From Tubiluchus corallicola (taxonomy: Eukaryota > Animalia > Priapulida): 64,000 nucleotides of DNA. The stretch is from positions 124,001-188,000 of the forward strand of contig JAQGDQ010000032.1 in the NCBI GenBank assembly GCA_030141605.1. Reading direction: 5' to 3'. How positions within the stretch are numbered: the first letter of the stretch is position 1; each line of letters opens with the position of its first letter. The notes under the pieces are model-generated. The model saw only the letters and a list, made by a program, of their open reading frames with translations. It ran no database searches and had not been told where the DNA came from. Positions 56,353-64,000 of the stretch are shown piece by piece. A program made the translations under genes and the position numbers.

Positions 56353-58810
56353 CTAACCAAAGAGGGAGGCACCGGGAGCGCCTTCATCTTCACCTTCAAA
56401 ATATTCATTCCAGAGCTCTGCGAATCGATCTTTGCTTAGTTCTCCTCCCTAGAAAATGTAAAACGCAGTATTTAAGCAATAATCTTAAAATCCGATTTTC
56501 GGGGTTGACACAACTAACCAATAAAGTCGCGGCCATCTTCAACTAAACCGTTAATATAAAATGCTACAAAGTTCCGCCCAACTGCAATTAGGTGGTTTGG
56601 GCGGGGCACCAATGATACCGGATATACACGATTTAATGTGACGGCTTTTGTAAACAAAATGGAACTGATACTAAAATCAAATCTGCCTCTGAGATTCTTA
56701 ATTTTTAAAACTAACACTGAAAATATTACTTTCTTGAAAATACATATCCAGACATAGATACGTCTTAGTTAAAATAATTTACATAATAAGTCACACAGTT
56801 TTCGGAAAATTTAAGTTTTGATTCATTTATTTTAATACAATGGAAAAAATAGTAGGTATATCTACCTGTGAAATTTTGTCATATGCTGCACTTAGAGCTC
56901 CTGCATCAACTCCAAATTTAGAGAAGGCACCAACATACTCCTCCTTGCTAAGATTACCATCGCCTATAAAAATGCCCGTTTGATATAATGCTATGTCCTG
57001 ATTTAGGCATGTCTCACCTAAATATTGATGGACATTTTATGCGTCTAGCAGAGCTTGGACTTAGAGCTTGTACATCCATTGAAACATAAGCAATGTGAAC
57101 TCAATGAAGAAAACAAAAATCTTGATCAGATGGATAACCACCGATTCAAAAGATTGTCTGAAATGACAGCATCCAGGCAGCCATCCAACCAACCAACGAA
57201 CAAACGAACTACCAACCTACCTATCAGAAAGTCGGCCAACGAAGCAAGCAAGCAAATTAACTAACCAGCTAGCCAGGCAAGTGACCAGACATACAGACGG
57301 CCAGACGAATGAAAGAACGAACGAGCGGCAGAGTGAGCGTACGAACGAACGAACGATCGATCGATCGAACGAACGAATTAATGAACAAATAAACGAATGA
57401 ACGAACGAAACGAATGAACGAATAGACAAACATATGGGCTGATTAACAGACAAACAAGCAATAACTGTAACATTAAATATGCTCTTGAATTTGTTGTCTT
57501 GAAGGCACATTTTTCGTGGAAAACTGTTACAGGATTCTGCCTACCTGTAACAAAACTGGAATATATATATAAGCCAAAAACACCAAACTATCAGAAGTCG
57601 TGAACTGAATCAATATAACGTGTAGTATAGAAGGAATGTATATCATATCTCGCTCAGGTTGCACTTACCTTCGCGGTCGATCATGTTGAACAGCATGTCT
57701 CTGAACCTCGCCCTGAATTGAGTGACTTCTTCAGATGACGTAACTGCTGTAGCTATCCATTCTGCAACGGTTACCTATCAAATACGTTTTACTGCTTTAG
57801 TCTAGAACTTTAATGAGATGCAATAATGTATAAAATGTAGAACATTACTGGCTCTACAAATGTATTTTTTGATACAACCCCCGTTTTTATGCCAAACGCT
57901 TTTCCTAATGCAATTCTGATCCCCATTAAAGTTCGTAATTAATTTTGCTGTTTGAGGATATCTGTAAATGCATTTATGTCCACACATTTTGCAGCCTTTT
58001 TAGCATCTATAACCACAGCATTTTTGAACATTGAAAATAAAAAAATTATGACCAAAACGTCTCTGAAATAAAAATTTATTATGTATAAGATTTAAAAGAG
58101 TTTTAATAAAAACAGGAGTTTCTTGCCTTGCCATCACCATCTGCGTCAAACTTTTCTCTCAACGTGTTCCAAAACTTGTCTAAAGCTGTTTTAACTTGAG
58201 CTGCTTCTGGACTACCTAAGTCCCATCCTCGGTTTGAACAGAATTTCTTTGGAAATAAAAGCGAAACACGTTATTAGGACTAAAATGTGTGGCTAACTCG
58301 CCCTCCTGCATTTAATATTTTATTTGCAAAGCAATTATTGCAATTCCAAATTAAAATTTCATGTTAGAGAGCAATAGAAATTTAAAAATATAAATTCCTC
58401 CATGTTTATTTTCATTATAGCAGAAGTTGTAGCGATAATTTTATGATTCCCGATTACTACATAATTTAATTATCAAATGTAAATTTTCTAATTTTGAGCA
58501 ATAAAATTTTACCTCCAAGACTCCGTGAATATCAGCTTCTTCAATCACGCCATCATTATTGCTATCTGAAATAATAAAGTAAAGGCCTTTAGGTTGGGTT
58601 TCTATGAAGTGCACATTACGATCACCTGTTGATCATCATCCTTATTCTCCTCATCATCGTCATCATCATCATCATTGTTATCACTCTCATTATCAAGTGA
58701 AGCTAATGATGCTGGAATTTCATTAGGTAGGAAATGCATAGTGCTGAAGTGTACCTACCGAACAAAGTGGTAAGAACCTTGGCGAGTTTTCTCTTGCGAA
58801 ACTCAGACAT
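56353..58810 (-). CDS. Calexcitin / sarcoplasmic calcium-binding protein (SCP family EF-hand), ~174 aa, 6 coding exons
   Basis: Exons 58810-58759 (MSEFRKRKLAKVLTTLF), 58565-58513 (EF1 DSNNDGVIEEAD), 58246-58127, 57774-57669 (EF2 DADGDGK|VTVAE), 56963-56866 (EF3 DREGDGNLSKEE), 56448-56353 (LSKDRFAELWNEYFEGEDEGAPGASLFG*). The N- and C-terminal motifs are typical of calexcitins. Phases are consistent and the CDS is 525 nt. One intron is GC-AG. Confidence 0.92.
57180..57430. repeat. Degenerate tetranucleotide repeat (AACG/AACC/AAGC)n
   Basis: Low-complexity array inside a calexcitin intron. Confidence 0.75.
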
Positions 58811-60675
58811 GATGAGATAGTTGCTGAAAACAACAATTTAAAATTTTATTTTATTTCGAGGTTTAGACGTCGATTTACATTATTAAGTACATGGCACGTG
58901 ATAAGAGGTAAACGTACATCTTCGGCTACAAAAGTGGCGAAAATAAATCTATGGTCAATTAAAGCACTATTAATCGACTATTTCTTGCTTTTGTTGATGT
59001 TATGTAATACATAGTGAAACTAAACAGTTTTGACCCAGCCTGGTAACAGCACTTCAGTGACACCTTATCAAAAGTAAAATAAATCTTTTGATATTTGTCG
59101 ACTAATCAGTAACAAAGTTAATTTTGTATTTGTCCACACCGTCAATAATATCTTTGTAGCTAATTTTAGCTCACGTAAGGAAAGATGTGGCCAATTATCG
59201 ATAACCTTTGATCAAAAACAGCTCTTCACATTGTTTGCTTTAATGAAAGTCATGCGATCACGCGTTTTGTTGAAACCAGTATTTACTTTTAGTTTTCCTC
59301 AGCGAAATGCTGTAACGCACAGATTAGTCAATAGTCATTTAAAACATACTACCCGGTGTTCCAAGTCTTCAGCTACCTCATTTCCCTTCTTTTATGAAAA
59401 CAATGTATTCGCCACTTAAGAGTTCTAGAAAACGTTCAGGAGTAACGAAGACATAAACCGGTGAATTACAGGTAATCATAATGTTCAATATTAAATTTAT
59501 ATGGGCGTAAAACCACATTGATTTTATGAAGTTTCCATAAAAGGCTTTAATGCAAATACAGTGTAAATTAAGAATAGAGATTTGTAAGATTATGATGACA
59601 GAATTTGGATTTGATCTAGGGATACGCGGGCTACAATTATAAGTGCAACGGACAGAGTATCCAACCATTAGAGTAGAGATCAGGCAGCTCTTATCCCAAT
59701 CTTAACAGCTCAACAACATGTCAAAGTTTCTCAAAGGCGGAGAGTATTTTACCAAACATCAACCTGTGTTATAAGTTTTAATGTAGTGTTTAAGGCATAA
59801 TGTGTTAAGGTAATTATTTATTAAGGCGTGATATTAATAGATTGATATTAATAGACGAATAATTATTAATTTACTGATTATTAAGAAACAAAAACCCTCG
59901 ACGCAAACGAACGTCAAATAGGATGAAAGAACTACGAAAGATGGTGACTCTAAATTTAAGCTAAATCATTTAGGGTACAATTACATAAGTATCATGTAAT
60001 TATGCTATTATCAACCTGTTTTGCTTGGCAACAAAAATGAATTCTCTGGTTTACTGAAACAGAAAACTTGAGTAATTGCTTTTCATTAAGTTTGCTTTAA
60101 TTTGGAAGCTAGTTGTCCGTTAGCAATTAATTAAATAATTTTCATATAATTAAAAATTTATGTTCAAAATTGTGAAATTGATTGCGGTGAAAAAACTAAA
60201 CTTGCTTCGCTAATCTTATTTTTAAATTTGATTCTTAATCCTTAGGCAGCAAAATTTTGTGAGAGAATAAACTAAATTTTAACTAATAATGTTAACTAGG
60301 TGCTTTAATTTAGTTTTCAGTACAATTACTCTCAACAGATATACTTCATTTCAAAAATTATCACTTTTTAATAGGTGCTTTTAGTTTTTGATTAACTATT
60401 TGAAATGCTTTAGCTGTTATTTGTTTATTGGATTTCGCCGAAAGTTAAAAATAGATGAAAGACATACTTGAAAAATTAAAAACGTACCCATTATTACATT
60501 ATTATCATCACCAACAATGAGATTCCACTTTTTAAACATACTTTGATTATAGAGCTATCGACCTTAACAGCTTATTATTTGCAAATTTTATACTGTAATT
60601 ATAAGCGTGTGATTACCTGTAGTGCCTTTTGATCCTAATAAACAAATTAATCTAAAAACGAGAGCAATAACTTAC

Positions 60676-60737
60676 CGTTAGCGAGAGATAGCAGAGATGA
60701 GGCAGGTATCGAGCGGAGTGCGACAAGATGTAACACT
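60676..60737 (-). other. Non-coding first exon (5' UTR) of the calexcitin-like gene
   Basis: Starts at a CAGT initiator-like motif 31 nt downstream of the TATA box start. Ends at the strong donor ACG|gtaagt. Would splice to the acceptor ttgttttcag that opens the ATG-containing exon at 58823. Confidence 0.65.
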
Positions 60738-60760
60738 GCCCTTGGTGACATCATTTGTCT

Positions 60761-60848
60761 CTTTTATAACTTTTTTTATCAAGATAAAAAGTGGCGGGGC
60801 TCACGAACCGCTCGTCTTTGTACTACACAGAACACTCAGTATGAGTCA
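60761..60848 (-). promoter_or_regulatory. Core promoter of the calexcitin-like gene
   Basis: TATAAAAG at 60768-60761 (minus), GATA motifs at ~60775-60787, GC box GGCGGGGC at 60793-60800 and AP-1 site TGAGTCA at 60842-60848. Confidence 0.65.
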
Positions 60849-61477
60849 TATGCACTGAGTCCTTCTGCAATAATAATTTGGCTTTTACATTAATTAAGAT
60901 AAAAACTTGAAGATCAATTAATTATTTAATCTGTTCCTTCTAGGGCAAGTCATTCGAGGAACTAATATTGTTATCGACTGATTTTAATTTTATTATAAGG
61001 GTCGTTCTACGGACGACTGAAAAAAATTATTAACTTTAATAAATGCAAGATGGTAATTTCACGTTAAGATTAAAACAATCGTATTATTAAATGTTCAGTT
61101 AATGTATGTTTTCATAAATAGCCGATCAAATGAAAGAATTTGATTCGTACCCTGTTTTGTCCTCTCTAAGGATCAACAAAGAAATTCAGTCAAGTGTCAA
61201 CTATGACTTCAATACTCAAATTGCTTTAGAGTGCTGCACGTTCTGTTAATTATTATGACATAACAGTTTGTCCTTTCTTCGTTTTGAACTCATTCAATTC
61301 TGTTTTTCGCTTTATATCGAAAATGCTGATTAAACCTAGCATTCGTTTTATAAAAAGCAGAATTAAAAACATAGTTTTTCCATTGTTTTAACTACTGATA
61401 CACGCTTTAGTGGGAGATAGTTAGATTTATACACATTTTGTGGGTTTCCCAAACCCAACTAGTAGCACGGCTCATTT

Positions 61478-61990
61478 AGATTAGATTAGATTTAGATTAT
61501 TTATTCAATCCAATAATACAACGGTACCTTTGTACATGAATAATGTTATTACAATTAACGATAATTAGCTAATGTTTGAGGAAAAGAGAAAGCCTTCATG
61601 AAAGGAGAAAGCCACCAGGCATGAATGCATTTACGGTGGCCCACATTAATCGTTTCTGTTAAACGTACAAAAAACATTAAAATCAAATGTGAGTAGTTTT
61701 AACGAAAAAGGGCCTAAGTTCTTAACATTAACGATCTCTGACTGTAAACCATTCCACATATCAATCACTCCGTTTGCAAAAGAGTATTTAAAACATCAAT
61801 GCGACAATAGTTTTTATACAGTTTGTAACTATGGCCCCTTAAACCGAGACTGTGCATATGTGAAAAAAATCGTTTAAACTTAAGTCTATCAGGCTATGAC
61901 AAATTTTGAACTTGCGAAATATCGTTGTACATCGATTTTATCGATCAAACTAACGTTATGGGGATTCCACACAGGGAATCTGCTTTTACT
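61478..61990 (-). mobile_element. CR1-clade LINE 3' fragment, internally deleted and frameshifted
   Basis: Minus strand encodes PVWNPHNVSLIDKIDVQR and LRGHSYKLYKNYCRIDV..YSFANGVIDMWNGLQSEIVN, which are the conserved CR1 ORF2 C-terminal motifs (VWNP...I..lE.VQR; RGH..KL......R..FF..RV...WN.LP). It ends with AATAAAT and an (AATCT)n tail. Confidence 0.85.
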
Positions 61991-64000
61991 GATCGTGACT
62001 CTTCCAGGCGACAATACCATTGCCATCGACGGCCCCAACAAAAATTACTATATTTTAGATAATGTTCTTATATGGGGCGAGTAGAAACAGACATTAACAC
62101 AACAAGAAAAGCAATCATGTAAACGATTAGACTTATGTCTGATGCAGAGCATGCTCGAAACACAAAGTAAACTACATATATACAATCTCGTTTATAAAGT
62201 AATAATTATTACATCCTAAAATATTCTATAATTATTACAAGTGCAGGTTAAGCTTCGCGAGCCTCTCAACACTATCTCGCTTAGGTAGTAAGCTTTAAAG
62301 TTAAATCCATCATTATTTAGATAATGCAGCAAGACTAGTCTACCGTTATCGAAAAGATCCAGGATTCATTAATTTGGAGATCTACGACTGACGTATTTTG
62401 ACTGATAAATTAACCCTTTCCTTAAGTTTATCGTCTGGGTTATAGTCAATGACGTCATTAGAACTACTGAATAGTGTACTCACAAACATCTTAATCAAAC
62501 AGTATAAGATCGTCTATCTAAAAATCAATACTGTGGAATTGATGTCAGTCGCGCAAAATGTCTCTCCAATGTAGAAATTATAATTTTTTGCTCACTTATG
62601 AGTAGACAAAACAGTTTTTTATTCTATGTACGGGGACTCTACAGAATGTGATCTTTCATTATTATTAATTATTGATTGAAACGATATCAGTTTTCTATTA
62701 TTTGATATAACGTTCCGATAAGGTTATATAGGATTTTGATTTTTTTAAATAGTATCGCTTTGTGCTCTCATTTAATTAGTTTTATCTTTGTTTAAATACT
62801 TCAAGTCATCCTATTTACATATTTCAAAATGTTATTTTCACTGTAAATGAATTATTGTTAGGTATCTTACTATAGTTACTTACTAAATTATTTTATTTAT
62901 TTTACTTTTATTATTAACTACATGTGATAACAACAATAACTAATAACAATATTTTTTACAAACAACTTTTATTTATACCCAAAAAACATCGTTTGTGAAC
63001 TGACAACTACGATTTTTCACTTTAGGGTTAATTTGTCTTTTGTGGGCAATTTGTCTTTTAAAACCGGAAGCTAACGACATGTTTACTCGGCTCTAATTTC
63101 GCAGTCAGTAGTCCGACAACTCTCAATTAAACCCGGCAAGTTACTCCAACTCTATTCGCCACACTTTCATTTAGCTTTACGTGACCGCCATGTGCTATGT
63201 CCAGGTTTTCGCTACCTATTTCACTTTTGGCTATCTACTTCATTAAAAATTACTTAAAACAACACTTTTTTCATATTTTTTTCAATTTATCGTAATTAGT
63301 GTCTAAGTGATGAGTCAGTGCCCTCAGTTAGCAGACCCAGACACTCGTACTAGTATAGCAACTAGACGAGTGTCAGTTCATCAGTGAAATGATATAATAT
63401 TTGCAAAATAAGTTTATTTGTCCTGGTTAGACGATGAATCTATTCGGTAGTTCGATAAAGGTACATGTACAGCACAACTAGCTTGTTATATTTACTATAG
63501 TGTGGATTTATAATCGAAAAGCTTTTTTTAATTAATGAAAAATCCCACATTTAGGAAAAAAGAGAAAATGCGACATTTCAAATCAAGAGCGCGGTTTATC
63601 ATCAGGTGAAATATTCCAGAAGAGACAAATCACTTAAAATTACTAATAACGACTTTTTGCTTTATTTTATATTATTAAAGTATTATTACTAGACTTGTGC
63701 AGCTAGTTGAGAATGAGAATGAACGTGAAGAATGACAGTTTGCTATTAATAACGTCTATGGGGGTATTGGTCGCAAGTTAGTACAGTCGCTCCAGGCGCG
63801 ACTAAACCAGCATACTTCAGCCAACACAAGTGCAGGAGCACCCCTAAATGTATTCGTTGGACCCAAGTGTATGATGGCAATCAAAACCGTACTGACTTCT
63901 CTGATGAAGTAGTATGTAATTCTTCAAGCTAATAGTGCAATAATTTTATCACATTGTTGGGTATTGCTGGATAGGTGTGCACCTTCGTTTTAAAGAGATG

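Noticed and set aside
56514-56590. Possible alternative last exon of the calexcitin gene ending ...DGRDFIG*
   Set aside because: The available acceptor requires phase 1 but the upstream exon ends in phase 0. The exon at 56448-56353 fits the family consensus.

Overview
AT-rich, microsatellite-rich, intron-rich genomic DNA from an invertebrate animal. The exact taxon cannot be determined from the sequence. Hand-splicing gives four protein-coding genes, most of which the ORF track misses. (1) A 26-coding-exon, ~1229 aa ADAMTS-like gene of the punctin/MADD-4 (ADAMTSL1/3) type on + (18856-49770): signal peptide, 11 TSP1 repeats, Cys-rich module, one Ig domain and a C-terminal PLAC domain, with no spacer domain. 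(2) A 3-exon, ~493 aa gustatory-receptor-like (GR/GRL, 7TM ion channel superfamily) gene on the minus strand (20540-23074), nested entirely inside coding intron 2 of gene 1. (3) An amnionless (AMN) homologue with an intronless CDS on + (53525-54997). (4) A ~174 aa calexcitin/sarcoplasmic calcium-binding EF-hand gene on minus (56353-58810) with a GC-AG intron and a clear TATA/Inr promoter. The remainder holds decayed non-LTR retrotransposon fragments, tRNA- and probably 5S-derived SINE heads, a probable non-autonomous Helitron-like element and many simple repeats. The first ~18 kb has no confidently identifiable gene. All gene models were built by eye from splice signals, frame continuity and domain motifs, and no database search was run.
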